A DNA stretch of 64,000 nt from Syntrophales bacterium (GCA_052144335.1 JBKQQP010000026.1:135768-199767), one strand, 5' to 3'. Positions 1 through 10,463 are shown, numbered from the stretch's first letter. Notes: generated by a model from the letters alone, not told the origin. A program made the numbers and translations.

Positions 1-34
1 AAGATATTCCATTCTTGTTGTCCCTTAAGATTTC

Positions 35-679
35 TTATTTTAAATTGAACCGAACAGAGAGGATTGCTTTGGAAGGCACTTTTTCCCCATTTCTGTAAGC
101 TGGAGAAAAGGTCGATTTTTTTATTGCCGCAACAGCGGCTTCTGTGAAACCAAATTCTGATGGTTCAATAACTTCGATGTCCTGCAAAGTACCGTTCTTA
201 TCGATCAGCAGTTTAAGAACAACCTTTCCCTCTTTGCCCAATCTCCTCGCTAATAAAGGATAAATCGGCATTTCCCGACGGGTAAACGCTGGGGCGCCCG
301 AATTTCCGAATACCGTTTCCGCGGCGTCCAGATTCGCTGCTTTTCCTATGCTTGTGATTTCAGTTTTCGCTAGAGTTGAATTATCTGATTTTTGTACCGC
401 GGCCGTAACTGGCTTTTCATTCAATAAAAACTCATCTTGCCGGTCTTTTATTTCCATGGTCTCTGGCTTGCTGATGCTTTGCACCTGTTCTGCCTTAGAT
501 CGTATTATCGGTTTCACTTCCTTTTGGCTGGTTGAAGGTAAGGATTCCTGTTGCGCAAAACTGATATAGATGGTTTTCGTATACGGAATCGCATGCGCAA
601 CCGGTATCGTGAGAAATAAAATCAGAAACCCGGCATGAATCGCCAAAGAAGTAACTACCCCTATACGCTGCTCATTCAT
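35..679 (-). CDS. tonB: TonB-family energy transducer
   Basis: N-terminal TM helix (VVTSLAIHAGFLILFLTIPV), charged/Pro-containing linker, and a C-terminal TonB_C-like block YPLLARRLGKEGKVVLKLLIDKNGTLQDIEVIEPSEFGFTEAAVAAIKKSTFSPAYRNGEKV. Confidence 0.8.
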   Translation of the reverse strand: MNEQRIGVVTSLAIHAGFLILFLTIPVAHAIPYTKTIYISFAQQESLPSTSQKEVKPIIRSKAEQVQSISKPETMEIKDRQDEFLLNEKPVTAAVQKSDNSTLAKTEITSIGKAANLDAAETVFGNSGAPAFTRREMPIYPLLARRLGKEGKVVLKLLIDKNGTLQDIEVIEPSEFGFTEAAVAAIKKSTFSPAYRNGEKVPSKAILSVRFNLK

Positions 680-785
680 ACTGGTTCAGCCTCGCGTCTG
701 TTTCGCTGGTAATATTTTGACCATTATTTGTGTTACTATATTGATAATTGTGCTACCTTCTGACAAAAAAATAATACCCGCTTCT

Positions 786-1199
786 TTATTTGATTTTACC
801 GGTACCTGACATGCTTAATGATCCGTGCATGACGCCCTTAAGGGCCTTTAAGGTGTCGGAAAGTTTGTTGACTTTCTTGGAATTCCCTTTTACCGCTACG
901 ATCTCCAGGCAATTATGATGATCCAGATGGACATGTTGTGAGGACTGGATGATGTCTTGATAGTCATGCTGGACGTCAATAATTTTATTCAACAGGTTGC
1001 GCTGATGATGGTCATAGATGAAAGTGATTGCGCCGGCAACTTCCCGGTCCTCTGCCAAATCTTTTTTTAGCAATTCCTGACGGATCAAATCACGAATGGC
1101 CTCCGACCGGTTTGAATATTTACGCCGCTTGATCAGGTTATCAAAATTATCAAGCAATTCATTTTCTAATGAAACCCCAAATCTGACGATGTCAGACAT
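786..1199 (-). CDS. nikR: Nickel-responsive transcriptional regulator NikR (ribbon-helix-helix plus metal-binding ACT-like domain)
   Basis: N-terminal RHH signature RFGVSLENELLDNFDNLIKRRKYSNRSEAIRDLIR. C-terminal His/Cys ligand region HHQ...HVHLDHHNCLEIVAVKG is typical of NikR. Confidence 0.85.
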   Translation of the reverse strand: MSDIVRFGVSLENELLDNFDNLIKRRKYSNRSEAIRDLIRQELLKKDLAEDREVAGAITFIYDHHQRNLLNKIIDVQHDYQDIIQSSQHVHLDHHNCLEIVAVKGNSKKVNKLSDTLKALKGVMHGSLSMSGTGKIK

Positions 1200-1313
1200 G
1201 CTTTACCTCAGTATTATTAATGTGACTTTTGTAACACAATTGCCTCTATCTGTCAAGCAGAATATGCATGATAACTATCACATGGCAAAATATTATTTTA
1301 ACCGGCAGCCGCT

Positions 1314-1601
1314 TTACTTCTTCTTTTTGGTATGGGTGTGCACATGAATCTCTGCATCATGGAGCGGATGATCGTGCTCATGGGCACCGTGCTCTCCCTT
1401 ATGTTCATGGTCATGCATATGAGAGTCTCCCATATGTTTATGCTCATGCAAATGCTCGTGCAGGTGCTCGTGGGCGTGTTTATGCTTATGCTCGTGGCTG
1501 TGTTTCGTATCAGCATGGGCATGTTCATGCTCGTGCTGATGGTTGTGCGGATGTCCATGTAGATGCTTGTGCTCATGCTTCCCTTTCATAATGCCTCCCA
1601 T
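1314..1601 (-). CDS. Extremely histidine-rich small protein (Hpn-like putative Ni/metal storage or buffering protein)
   Basis: The 95-aa ORF has 35 His by my count, mostly in alternating H-x-H (HEHKHLHGHPHNHQHEHEHAH...), and a KKKK C-terminus. It lies directly upstream of nikR on the same strand. GGGAGG precedes the second ATG (start possibly 1589). The repetitive CAT/CAC codons generate spurious ORFs in other frames and on the other strand. Confidence 0.7.
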   Translation of the reverse strand: MGGIMKGKHEHKHLHGHPHNHQHEHEHAHADTKHSHEHKHKHAHEHLHEHLHEHKHMGDSHMHDHEHKGEHGAHEHDHPLHDAEIHVHTHTKKKK

Positions 1602-1919
1602 AACATTGAACGTCAGGACTCTAAAATTACTTTGGTCGCTTTAATCGGCACTCGAACTCTTTTTATATTTTAGTTTAAAACTGTTTGTCTTTCAATGGAT
1701 AAATGTCAACTGTGTTAACAGCTTGTGACTAACCCTGGCCGCAGATTTGTATTGATTGGCCGCTTGCGAAATTACGCAGGTAGCGGTCATTATCCATCTT
1801 GCGGCTATCCGTTCTATGAAATGCTTATTTTTGCAATATATTATTTGCATTGATAATCACCATTTCTTTTGATACTTTAGCGACGTCCTACAAAAAAATG
1901 TGGGAGGAATAGTTTTCCA

Positions 1920-2996
1920 ATGTATGCGGTGATCATGGCGGGGGGCAAGGGCACCCGTTTCTGGCCCAAGAGCAGGGAGAAGATGCCTAAGCATCTGCTG
2001 GATATTGTCTCTCCCAGGACTATTATCCAGGAAACGATAGAGAGGATAGAGCCTCTTATTCCCAAGGAGAATATCCTTATCGTCACAGGAGAGAGCCATG
2101 CAGATGAGCTGATGAGGCAGGTGCCGCATATCCCACAAGAGAACATCATAATCGAACCTCTCGGCAGGAATACCTCTCCCTGTATAGGTCTTGCCGCTCT
2201 CCATATCAGGCGGAAGTCTCCTCACGATGTTATGGTTGTGCTCCCTGCCGACCATATGATTACTGACGCGTCGCGATTTCGTAACCTCCTTTCCATCGCC
2301 GCCGACATGGCCAGTAGCGGAGATTACCTTGTCACGATCGGCATAAGACCTATCAGTCCCGAGACCGGCTATGGCTATATTGAAAGGGGCGATCTCAGAG
2401 CTGCTATCAAAGGCGAAAACATTTACGCGGTAAAATCTGTCCGGGAAAAACCTCCGCTCAAACAAGCGAAGGCATTCTTGAAAAAAGGAGGCTTTTACTG
2501 GAACAGCGGTATGTTTGTATGGAATGTTGACACAATACTCAGGGCAATAAAAAAGTGGCTTCCCCAGATCCATGAAGGCCTCATATGCATAGAAGACGCC
2601 GCAGGGACAGAGGGGGAAAGGGAAGCCGTCCGGTTTGCATACCAAACAATTCCCTCAATTTCTATTGATTACGGCGTCATGGAAAAGGCCGATAATATCC
2701 TTCTCATTGAAGGTGATTTCGGCTGGTCCGATATGGGCTCCTGGGATGCACTCTGGGAGGTGTCAGACAAGGACGAAAATGGAAATGCCGCAAATTGTCG
2801 TGATCTCTTCATCGGTGTCGATACCAGGAATTCTCTTATCCACAGTTCCCGGAAGCTTGTCACTCTAATTAGTGTGGAAGATCTGATTGTTGTGGACACG
2901 GAAGATTCCCTGCTGGTCTGCAGGAGAGGCAGTTCCCAGGATGTGAAGAAGGTCGTTGAAATCCTGGAAGAGAAGAAAAAGAAGGAATATCTGTAG
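1920..2996 (+). CDS. Mannose-1-phosphate guanylyltransferase (nucleotidyltransferase domain only, ManC/CpsB-like)
   Basis: N-terminal MYAVIMAGGKGTRFWPKSR nucleotidyl-transferase G-loop, with LPADH, ETGYGYI and FVWN motifs. Confidence 0.85.
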   Translation: MYAVIMAGGKGTRFWPKSREKMPKHLLDIVSPRTIIQETIERIEPLIPKENILIVTGESHADELMRQVPHIPQENIIIEPLGRNTSPCIGLAALHIRRKSPHDVMVVLPADHMITDASRFRNLLSIAADMASSGDYLVTIGIRPISPETGYGYIERGDLRAAIKGENIYAVKSVREKPPLKQAKAFLKKGGFYWNSGMFVWNVDTILRAIKKWLPQIHEGLICIEDAAGTEGEREAVRFAYQTIPSISIDYGVMEKADNILLIEGDFGWSDMGSWDALWEVSDKDENGNAANCRDLFIGVDTRNSLIHSSRKLVTLISVEDLIVVDTEDSLLVCRRGSSQDVKKVVEILEEKKKKEYL

Positions 2997-3589
2997 TGGT
3001 GACCACGTCCGGAAGGTTTATCCTCGCGTCCGCATCTCCCCGCCGGATTGAGCTTTTGACTCTCCTCGGATTACGCTTCGAGATAATGCCGAGCAACGTC
3101 GATGAGAAGTTCATAAAAGGGGAAGCACCGATGGATCATGTCCTGAGACTCTCGGCAGTAAAAGCGAACATTGCCTCCGCCCTCCATCCGGAGGCCTGGG
3201 TAATGGGTGCGGATACGATCGTCACTATGGATGGCGACATACTCGGGAAGCCCCGGACGCCCGAAGAGGCGAAAGAGATGCTGGGCAGGCTAAGCGGACA
3301 AATCCATACGGTGTATACAGGCTTCACGGTTGCCAGAAAGAGCGTTGATATCCTCACCAGTGATGCCGTTTCATCTTTTGTCCGTTTCAGGGAAATTCCG
3401 GAAGACGAAATGGCATGGTACATAGGGTCGCAGGAACCGTACGATAAGGCCGGAGGATACGCCGTGCAGGGGATGGGCGCCTTTTTCATAAAAGAGATAT
3501 ACGGCTCGTATACAAATGTCATGGGACTTCCCATGTGTGAGGTCGTGGATGTGCTGAGAGGGATTGGAGCCATAGACTTTGCCGGGTGA
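2996..3589 (+). CDS. maf: Maf-family nucleoside triphosphate pyrophosphatase (septum formation protein Maf)
   Basis: FILASASPRRIELL, GADTIV, DKAGGYAVQG motifs. GTG start overlaps the upstream TAG stop by 1 nt. Confidence 0.85.
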   Translation: MVTTSGRFILASASPRRIELLTLLGLRFEIMPSNVDEKFIKGEAPMDHVLRLSAVKANIASALHPEAWVMGADTIVTMDGDILGKPRTPEEAKEMLGRLSGQIHTVYTGFTVARKSVDILTSDAVSSFVRFREIPEDEMAWYIGSQEPYDKAGGYAVQGMGAFFIKEIYGSYTNVMGLPMCEVVDVLRGIGAIDFAG

Positions 3590-3592
3590 GCA

Positions 3593-4288
3593 ATGGAATC
3601 GATGGTAAAGGCTAATGTCGAAAGAATCAGAGCAGCCATTGCCCATGCCGCTTTACGGGTGGGACGGAGGGTTTCTGATGTGAGGCTCATGGCCGTAACT
3701 AAGACGGTGGATGACGACCGGATCATGGCGGCCATAGAGGCCGGCGTCGATATCATCGGAGAAAGTTATGTACAGGAAGCGAAAAGAAAGATTGAAAAAA
3801 TGGGGAGGACGCTTGAGTGGCATATGATCGGCTACCTCCAGAGCAACAAGGCCAAGTATGCAGTGAAGCTATTTGATATGATCCATTCTCTAGACAGGAT
3901 GGATTTGGCAGTTGAACTTAACAGGAGAGCCGGGGCTCAAGACATGGCTATGAAAGTTTTGATCGAGATAAATGTCAGCGGCGAGAAGACGAAAAGCGGT
4001 GTCCCGTACGATAAATCCCTCCAACTCGTCAAGGATATTTCATCCCTCGATAATATTTCCATACAGGGTCTCATGACCATGGCCCCCTGGTTTGATAACC
4101 CCGAAGATGCAAGACCCTATTTTAAGGCATTGCGGGAGTTGAGAGACAGGATTATCGATGCGAATATACCGTGTGCCGCGATGCGGGAACTCTCCATGGG
4201 TATGTCCGGAGATTACGAAGTCGCCGTTGAGGAAGGGGCGACGATCGTAAGAGTAGGCAGGAGCATCTTCGGTGAGAGGCAATATTGA
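3593..4288 (+). CDS. yggS: YggS-family pyridoxal-phosphate homeostasis protein
   Basis: LMAVTKTV (PLP lysine), HMIGYLQSNKAKY, LSMGMSGDYEVAVEEGATIVRVGRSIFG. Confidence 0.85.
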   Translation: MESMVKANVERIRAAIAHAALRVGRRVSDVRLMAVTKTVDDDRIMAAIEAGVDIIGESYVQEAKRKIEKMGRTLEWHMIGYLQSNKAKYAVKLFDMIHSLDRMDLAVELNRRAGAQDMAMKVLIEINVSGEKTKSGVPYDKSLQLVKDISSLDNISIQGLMTMAPWFDNPEDARPYFKALRELRDRIIDANIPCAAMRELSMGMSGDYEVAVEEGATIVRVGRSIFGERQY

Positions 4289-4376
4289 AACAATTTAAGT
4301 ATGGCTACATTTATATAAAGACGGGAATATACCTTTAGGATAGGTGTCTCGCGCGGATAAATTAGGAAGAGGAAAC

Positions 4377-5120
4377 ATGAAACAGATAAAATGGAAAATT
4401 TTCTTTGGGGCCTCCATGATTGCTCTCTCTGTGACTTTTTACCTCATCCATTATTTCATTTTCAGGGATGCCAAGCACATAATCTTATATCTGATCGGCG
4501 ATACGGCGTTTGTCTTCATTCAGGTCTTGCTGGTTACACTGATCATCGATGAAGTCATCGCCCTAAGACAAAAGCGCGCCATGTTGAACAAATTGAATAT
4601 TATCATTGGGTCGTTTTTCAGTGAGGTCGGCAAGAAACTTCTGAAATCCATGTCCGAGTTTGATCCCAGTTCCAAGAGAATCGGGCAGGAACTTGTCGTA
4701 ACGGACAGATGGACGTTGCGAGAATTCATTGAAATATCGACCCGTTTGAAGAAGTACTCTTATGATATAGATATGAAGAGAGGTGACCTTGATTACCTGA
4801 GACAGTTACTCATAAAAGAGCGGACATTTCTTCTCCGGCTCCTGGAGAATCAAAATCTCCTGGAACATGATACATTTACCAACCTTCTCATGGCGGTCTT
4901 TCATCTGACGGAGGAACTGGAGTCGCGGATGGATGTGAGGGATCTGTCGCAGGCGGACATGAAACATATCGCCAATGACATTAAGAGGGTCTACACCCTC
5001 CTGATTTCAGAATGGCTGGATTATATGAAGCACATGAAGGAAAACTATCCCTACCTCTTTTCCTTTGCCATGAGAACAAATCCCTTTGACCCGGGCGCAT
5101 CGCCGGAGGTCAGAGAATAG
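4377..5120 (+). CDS. Membrane protein of unknown function (two N-terminal TM helices plus helical cytoplasmic domain)
   Basis: The ORF has a good RBS (AGGAAGAGGAAAC) before the ATG at 4377. I recognise no family. Confidence 0.5.
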   Translation: MKQIKWKIFFGASMIALSVTFYLIHYFIFRDAKHIILYLIGDTAFVFIQVLLVTLIIDEVIALRQKRAMLNKLNIIIGSFFSEVGKKLLKSMSEFDPSSKRIGQELVVTDRWTLREFIEISTRLKKYSYDIDMKRGDLDYLRQLLIKERTFLLRLLENQNLLEHDTFTNLLMAVFHLTEELESRMDVRDLSQADMKHIANDIKRVYTLLISEWLDYMKHMKENYPYLFSFAMRTNPFDPGASPEVRE

Positions 5121-5136
5121 AACGGGGGAGAGAATA

Positions 5137-5820
5137 ATGGATAAAGCGGTGCTATTTAAATTGAGTTACGGCCTGTATGTTGTCAGTGGCAGAAAAGACG
5201 ATCAATTCAACGCGCAGATCGCTAATACTGCTTTTCAAGTAACATCAGAACCTCCGACTATTGCCGTCGGCATAAATAAGCAAAATCTTACCCATGAGTA
5301 TATTCAGGCGAGCGGGAAATTTGCCGTATCCGTCATCTCGAAATCGGCGCCCATGCAATTTATAGGCCTTTTAGGATTTAAGTGCGGACGAGATATTGAC
5401 AAATTTGAAAATCTAAATATGAGAGCGGGTCAAACAGGTGTTCCCATTGTGTTGGATAACGCGATAGCCTACATTGAGGCCGAAGTTGTAAATGAAATGG
5501 ACTGTGGCAGCCATACGATCTTTGTGGGTAAGGTGCGGGATTGTGGTGTCCTCAATGCTGATGAGGAACCTATGACTTATGCCTATTATCATGAAGTGAA
5601 ACGCGGCAAGTCCCCGAAGACTGCGCCGACCTATCAGGCGCCTGACAAAGTAGAAAGGGAAGATAGATATACCTGCTCAGTATGTGGATACGTTTATGAT
5701 CCGGAGAAAGGAGATCGCGATTCCGGTGTCAAACCGGGAACAAAATTCACAGGTCTCCCCGTAGACTGGACTTGTCCTATCTGCGGCGCCGATAAATCGA
5801 AGTTTGAAAAAGAAGGATGA
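5137..5820 (+). CDS. Flavin reductase-like domain fused to C-terminal rubredoxin (high-molecular-weight rubredoxin type)
   Basis: The N-terminal flavin_reduct-like block is [40 protein letters not shown]. The C-terminal rubredoxin has two CxxC pairs ([12 protein letters not shown] ... [13 protein letters not shown]). Start chosen at MDKAV (5137), not the upstream in-frame ATG at 5086. Confidence 0.8.
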   Translation: MDKAVLFKLSYGLYVVSGRKDDQFNAQIANTAFQVTSEPPTIAVGINKQNLTHEYIQASGKFAVSVISKSAPMQFIGLLGFKCGRDIDKFENLNMRAGQTGVPIVLDNAIAYIEAEVVNEMDCGSHTIFVGKVRDCGVLNADEEPMTYAYYHEVKRGKSPKTAPTYQAPDKVEREDRYTCSVCGYVYDPEKGDRDSGVKPGTKFTGLPVDWTCPICGADKSKFEKEG

Positions 5821-5842
5821 CGTCGGCTCGCGCAGCAGCCTG

Positions 5843-8116
5843 TCATTTCGAAGCAACTAATGGACCGAGAAATCTTGTCCTTCTCAGGCGCAGAGAGTTG
5901 CTCACTACAGATACGGAGCTCAGTGCCATGGCGGCGGCGGCAAACTGCGGGTTGAGGAGAATGCCCCAAAAAGGATACAAAGCGCCCGCGGCAATGGGTA
6001 TGCCTAGGATGTTATAGATAAAGGCCCAGAAGAGGTTCTGCCTGATTACCTTTACCGTCTCCTGGGAAAGTCTGATGGCCATAGGCACGGAGCGTAAGTC
6101 ATCCTTGATAAGCGTGATATCACTCGCTTCTATCGCTACGTCCGTGCCGGCGCCGATAGCAATCCCGATATCCGCCGCTGCTAAAGCGGGTGCATCATTA
6201 ATGCCGTCGCCCACCATGGCAACAACCTCACCCCGCTCGTGTAGTCGTCTTATTTCCGCCGCCTTCTCTCCCGGCAAGACCTCCGCCATGATGTGATCTA
6301 TGTCGAGGATGCCACCGACGGCTGTCGCCGTATTCATATTGTCTCCCGTGATGAGGGCGACTTTCAAGCCCATATTCTTCAGCGTGGTTACAGTTTCTTT
6401 TGCTGATTCTCTGGGTACGTCGGCAAGGCCGATAAGGCCGATTGCTTGCCTTTCCTCGGCGATGAATACGCATGTCTTCCCTTCAAAGGCGAGGGTTTCC
6501 GCCTTACCCGTGAGGCCGTCGAGGCTGATCTCTTTCATTTCCATGAACCTCCGGTTCCCGAGAAGGCAAAGCCGTTCTCTCATAAACGCCGCGGCTCCGA
6601 GACCCGCGAACGCCTCGAATTTTTCCACAGGAAGAGCGGCAATGCCGGCACGGCGTCCCTTCTCTACGATGGCCGCAGCAACGGGATGTTCGGAGACGGC
6701 CTCGATGGACATGGCAATCTGCAGTACACTGTCGTTCTCATAGCCGGGCGCGGCTGCTATATCCGTTACCTCTGGTTCTCCTTTAGTCAGTGTACCGGTC
6801 TTGTCAAAGACCACCGTCGTGAGCTTGTAGGCGTTTTCCAGACTTTCCCCCCCTTTAATAAGAATACCATGCTCGGCCCCGAGGCCGGTTCCCACCATAA
6901 TCGCCGTTGGCGTCGCGAGACCCAAGGCGCAAGGGCAGGCGATCACTAGGACAGATGCAAAATTCAATAACGCCCGGCTGAAAATGTGATCGGGAACGAA
7001 GAAGTACCAGACTACGAATGTAATTATACCAATGGCAAAGACAACAGGCACAAAGATGGATGCGACCTTATCAGCCAGTCTCTGAATGGGGGCCTTGGAA
7101 CCCTGTGCCTCTTCGACGAGACGAATGATCTGGGCCAGGGCGGTCTCTGCCCCTACCTTTGTCGCCCTGAAGGTGAAGCTGCCGGTCTTATTCAGCGTAG
7201 CGCCAAACACATGCTCGCCGACCTCTTTGACGACAGGCATACTTTCACCGGTCAGCATGGATTCATCGACGGAAGAGTTGCCGGAAACGACGACACCGTC
7301 CGCGGGGACCTTTTCTCCCGGCCGGACGATGATCAGATCTCCTTTTGCTACTTCATCGATGGGAATGTTCTCCTCTTTATCGCCCCTGATTACACGTGCC
7401 GTCTTCGGCCTGAGCCCCATCAGTTTCTTGATCGCCGCGGATGTTCTGCCTTTTGCTCTTGCCTCTAGCAGGCGGCCCAGGATTATCAGAGTGACGATCA
7501 TGGCGGCGCCGTCATAATATACGTGGGGGGCTATATCGGCGGTGGAAAAAATCCGGGGGAAAAAAGTAGCTAAAGCTGAGTATAAATATGCTGAAAGCGC
7601 CCCCACCGCCACGAGCGTATTCATATCCGTCGTCTTTTGTTGGGCCGCTTTTATGGCGCCGATATAGAACCTGCTCCCCACCCAGAAAACCACAGGGGTC
7701 GTAAGGAAAAATAGGATAACGAGCACCGTCTGCCTCGGTACAGTTGCCAAAAAGGGAAACCAGTGCTGCATGGAGCCAAGGAAGATGATGATACTGAGAG
7801 CCGCGCCAACTGCAAATTTGATCTGGAGTTCCTTGACCTCTCTGGCCCTGGCGGCGGTTATGGGGTCTTCCTTCGTCTCGTCAAGGATGCCGAGAAAATC
7901 GTAGCCATGGTCGGAGACCATATCCTTGACTGCCTCGATCCCTCCCCATGTTTCGTCATGCTCGATTGTCGCCCTGGCTGTGGCGAGGTTGACCGCCACG
8001 TCTGTCACACCGTCAACAGATTTTAGCGCCTGCTCCACGCGGCGCACACAGGCGGCGCAGGTCATGCCTCCTACGGAGATCGTTGTCTTAAAGGCCGTCT
8101 TATCAGGCGATGTCAT
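5843..8116 (-). CDS. copA: Copper-translocating P1B-type ATPase
   Basis: N-terminal HMA domain [19 protein letters not shown] in a TM helix ([11 protein letters not shown]), DKTGTLT phosphorylation site, [12 protein letters not shown] hinge. Confidence 0.92.
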   Translation of the reverse strand: MTSPDKTAFKTTISVGGMTCAACVRRVEQALKSVDGVTDVAVNLATARATIEHDETWGGIEAVKDMVSDHGYDFLGILDETKEDPITAARAREVKELQIKFAVGAALSIIIFLGSMQHWFPFLATVPRQTVLVILFFLTTPVVFWVGSRFYIGAIKAAQQKTTDMNTLVAVGALSAYLYSALATFFPRIFSTADIAPHVYYDGAAMIVTLIILGRLLEARAKGRTSAAIKKLMGLRPKTARVIRGDKEENIPIDEVAKGDLIIVRPGEKVPADGVVVSGNSSVDESMLTGESMPVVKEVGEHVFGATLNKTGSFTFRATKVGAETALAQIIRLVEEAQGSKAPIQRLADKVASIFVPVVFAIGIITFVVWYFFVPDHIFSRALLNFASVLVIACPCALGLATPTAIMVGTGLGAEHGILIKGGESLENAYKLTTVVFDKTGTLTKGEPEVTDIAAAPGYENDSVLQIAMSIEAVSEHPVAAAIVEKGRRAGIAALPVEKFEAFAGLGAAAFMRERLCLLGNRRFMEMKEISLDGLTGKAETLAFEGKTCVFIAEERQAIGLIGLADVPRESAKETVTTLKNMGLKVALITGDNMNTATAVGGILDIDHIMAEVLPGEKAAEIRRLHERGEVVAMVGDGINDAPALAAADIGIAIGAGTDVAIEASDITLIKDDLRSVPMAIRLSQETVKVIRQNLFWAFIYNILGIPIAAGALYPFWGILLNPQFAAAAMALSSVSVVSNSLRLRRTRFLGPLVASK

Positions 8117-8300
8117 ATCCTGCCTTCCGGATGCGTTCCTTTACTGCTTTCATATCTACAGGCTTGACCTCATCGAATGTCGCCTCCGCCTTTTGCAGGT
8201 CCACTTTGATGTTGCTGATCCCATCGATTTCTTTTAAAGCCTTGGTCACGGCCATGACACAGTGATTGCATGTCATACCTTTGATCTTGACGGCTTGCAT
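8103..8300 (-). CDS. copZ: Copper chaperone, single HMA domain
   Basis: [22 protein letters not shown] carries the MxCxxC motif. Start at 8300 is preceded by GGGGGA. The gene overlaps the copA start by 14 nt, giving an operon copZ-copA. Confidence 0.8.
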   Translation of the reverse strand: MQAVKIKGMTCNHCVMAVTKALKEIDGISNIKVDLQKAEATFDEVKPVDMKAVKERIRKAGYDIA

Positions 8301-8332
8301 AATATCCCCCTCTCTTGATTTTTCGTTCATGT

Positions 8333-8357
8333 AATAAAATGTACAGTTTATTGTCAA
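8333..8357 (-). promoter_or_regulatory. Candidate copZA promoter/operator: TTGACA -35 hexamer abutting a 20-nt near-palindrome
   Basis: On the minus strand TTGACA lies at 8352-8357. AATAAAATGTACAGTTTATT (8333-8352) is an inverted repeat with one mismatched pair around TGTACA. No clean -10 at 17-nt spacing. Confidence 0.3.
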
Positions 8358-8605
8358 GCAAATCAAAACCTTTTTGTGGCACATTATAATGAAGCGAAAT
8401 TCAAGATTAGCCTCAGGGCGCGTTTAAAAAGTATATGGCATACTATTCGGGAACGGCAATAGGACACATCCCTATCCCCACGAACATGCTGAGCATATAA
8501 ATTCTTGACAATGAATACATGAGCGGCTATTTTTTAAAGAATAACGCAATTTTAATAGCTTCATTCTGAAGGCTGATTTCTGTCGAACGTTGTGAGTGGT
8601 GGCCT

Positions 8606-9478
8606 ATGAAGAAAGAATATCCTTACGGCAGCGGAATAGTAAAGTGGGTTTCCACAGATTGGCTTCATGAAAATCTGAAAAAGCAGGAGATGGTGATACT
8701 GGATGTGCAGCCGAATATTCATGACTACATAGAGCAGCATATTCCGGGCGCCATTTATCTTAACGAGGGTCTGCTTCGCACTTATATTGACGGGATGCCT
8801 GCCAGGTATGTTCCTCCGGATACCATCCAGCCTGTGCTTCGCTATGCCGGTCTAAAGTCGGGTGTCCCTGCAGTGGTCTATACGGGGACAGGCGCCGCGA
8901 AAGGTTGGGGCGATGGGCTGGAACAGACGATGATGGCATACAGCCTGGCACGTTTCGGTCATGACTGCGTCTATGTCCTTGACGGCGGTCTCGACAAATG
9001 GAAAGGGGAGGAGAAGCCTCTGACGAAAGAGTTTCCAAGAGCAGTAACCTCCAATTTCGCCGTCCGCGTCCAATCGGATTTCTACATGCAATACGAGGAA
9101 TTCAAGGCGGCAAAGGATCGCAAAGATGTCATGGTTCTCGATGCGCGGCCTCCCGATGTCTACGAAGGCCAGTCATACTGGATCAAGCCTGGCCACATCC
9201 CCGGCGCCGTCAATGTGCCCTGGGCGTCTTTAATGACTGGTGCAAATAAGGGCCTTCTAAAATCCGATGAAGAGATATCTGCCATTCTTAAGGCAAACGA
9301 CGTGCGCCCGGACAAGACCATTATCTGCATGTGCGGCACTGGTCGTGAAGCGACTAATGAATTCATTCTATTCAAATGGTACCTCAATTATCCGAGTGTT
9401 AAGATCTATGAAGGGTCATTCACCGAATGGACCGCATATCCTGAGAATCCCACAATAACGGGCAAGAATCCGCGGTAG
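8606..9478 (+). CDS. Tandem-rhodanese sulfurtransferase (thiosulfate/3-mercaptopyruvate sulfurtransferase type)
   Basis: Two rhodanese-like halves are present. The active-site loop CMCGTGREAT is in the second domain. HIPGA motifs occur in both halves. Confidence 0.8.
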   Translation: MKKEYPYGSGIVKWVSTDWLHENLKKQEMVILDVQPNIHDYIEQHIPGAIYLNEGLLRTYIDGMPARYVPPDTIQPVLRYAGLKSGVPAVVYTGTGAAKGWGDGLEQTMMAYSLARFGHDCVYVLDGGLDKWKGEEKPLTKEFPRAVTSNFAVRVQSDFYMQYEEFKAAKDRKDVMVLDARPPDVYEGQSYWIKPGHIPGAVNVPWASLMTGANKGLLKSDEEISAILKANDVRPDKTIICMCGTGREATNEFILFKWYLNYPSVKIYEGSFTEWTAYPENPTITGKNPR

Positions 9479-9539
9479 GCATCCTCTATCTCTGAGGACA
9501 TTAAATAACCAGATAATAAAATCCGGAGATTCACATATA

Positions 9540-10382
9540 ATGATTGTCAGATTCTATGGTGCAAGGGGTTCCATCCCGGTTTCGGGAAAGGAATACCTGA
9601 AGTACGGCGGTAATACGACCTGTCTTGAAATAAGAACGAAAGATGATGAAATAATCATCATTGACGCCGGCTCGGGTATTAGGACTCTCGGTCACAGGCT
9701 TATTTCCGAAAATCGCTTTCGGTATACGATGATCTTTACCCATGCCCATTGGGACCATATCATGGGATTCCCTTTCTTCCAGCCCATATATTTTGCGAAG
9801 ACTGAGATTACCATGTACGGATGCCCGTTTGCGCAGGCGTCCGTAAAAGAGATGATTTCAAAGATCATGGCGCCTCCCAACTTCCCCGTCAAATTTGAAG
9901 ATATAAGAGCCGGTATCATCTACCATGAAGCCTGCGAGGAGCCTTTTGCCATAAAATCAATGTCCGTTGCCCCTATTCCGCTGAGCCATCCCAATCAAGG
10001 CGTGGGGTACAGATTTACGGAAGACGGTAAAAGTTTTGTCTTCCTCACGGACAATGAACTGACTTTTAAACATCCCGGCGGCGTTGATTTCCAGGCCTAT
10101 CGTGATTTTTCCGCCGGCGCAGACCTTCTTGTGCATGATGCGGAATTCACCGATGAAGAGTATAATAGGAAGACGAAAACCTGGGGACATTCTGTTTATC
10201 GGGATGCTCTAAGGTTAGCGCTGGAGGCGGGGGTTAGGAAATTCGGATTATTCCATCACAATCAGGAAAGGTCCGATGAGGATATAGACGAGATAGTGGC
10301 GGATTGTCGGAAAATTGCAGACGGCAGCAGTGAAGAACTGGAGTGTTTTGCCGTTTACCAGGGTATGGAAATAAGGCTGTAG
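9540..10382 (+). CDS. MBL-fold metallo-hydrolase
   Basis: HAHWDH metal-binding motif (HxHxDH), plus later conserved His/Asp (HD, HH). Confidence 0.75.
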   Translation: MIVRFYGARGSIPVSGKEYLKYGGNTTCLEIRTKDDEIIIIDAGSGIRTLGHRLISENRFRYTMIFTHAHWDHIMGFPFFQPIYFAKTEITMYGCPFAQASVKEMISKIMAPPNFPVKFEDIRAGIIYHEACEEPFAIKSMSVAPIPLSHPNQGVGYRFTEDGKSFVFLTDNELTFKHPGGVDFQAYRDFSAGADLLVHDAEFTDEEYNRKTKTWGHSVYRDALRLALEAGVRKFGLFHHNQERSDEDIDEIVADCRKIADGSSEELECFAVYQGMEIRL

Positions 10383-10463
10383 GCGAGAGTTCCTTGGGTC
10401 GCGGATAGATCCATTTCCATAATTTCCGATCCCTCAGTGTATCCTTCTCTCTTCAGTGTGAAT

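Noticed and set aside
1268-1591. ORFs in other frames and on the plus strand across the His-rich gene (1268-1591 +, 1298-1576 -, 1332-1562 +)
   Set aside because: They are artefacts of the CAT/CAC/GAG repeat, which stays open in several frames. Only the His-rich minus-strand frame has an RBS and a plausible genomic context.
1602-1919. Search for a NikR operator upstream of the His-rich gene and nikR (E. coli type GTATGA-N16-TCATAC or H. pylori type TATWATT-N11-AATWATA)
   Set aside because: Only short AT-rich inverted repeats (for example ATTAT-N8-ATAAT at 1840-1857 and TGTTAACA near 1716) were seen. These are not significant in AT-rich spacer DNA, so no operator is claimed.
1857-2645. 262-aa minus-strand ORF antisense to the guanylyltransferase gene. 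Similar long antisense ORFs occur at 3136-3756, 32022-32588, 35498-36436, 36923-37492, 40897-41394, 48930-49445 and 52601-53251.
   Set aside because: Each lies fully inside a gene with strong family motifs on the other strand and has non-protein-like, Arg/Pro/Cys-rich composition. These are typical shadow ORFs.
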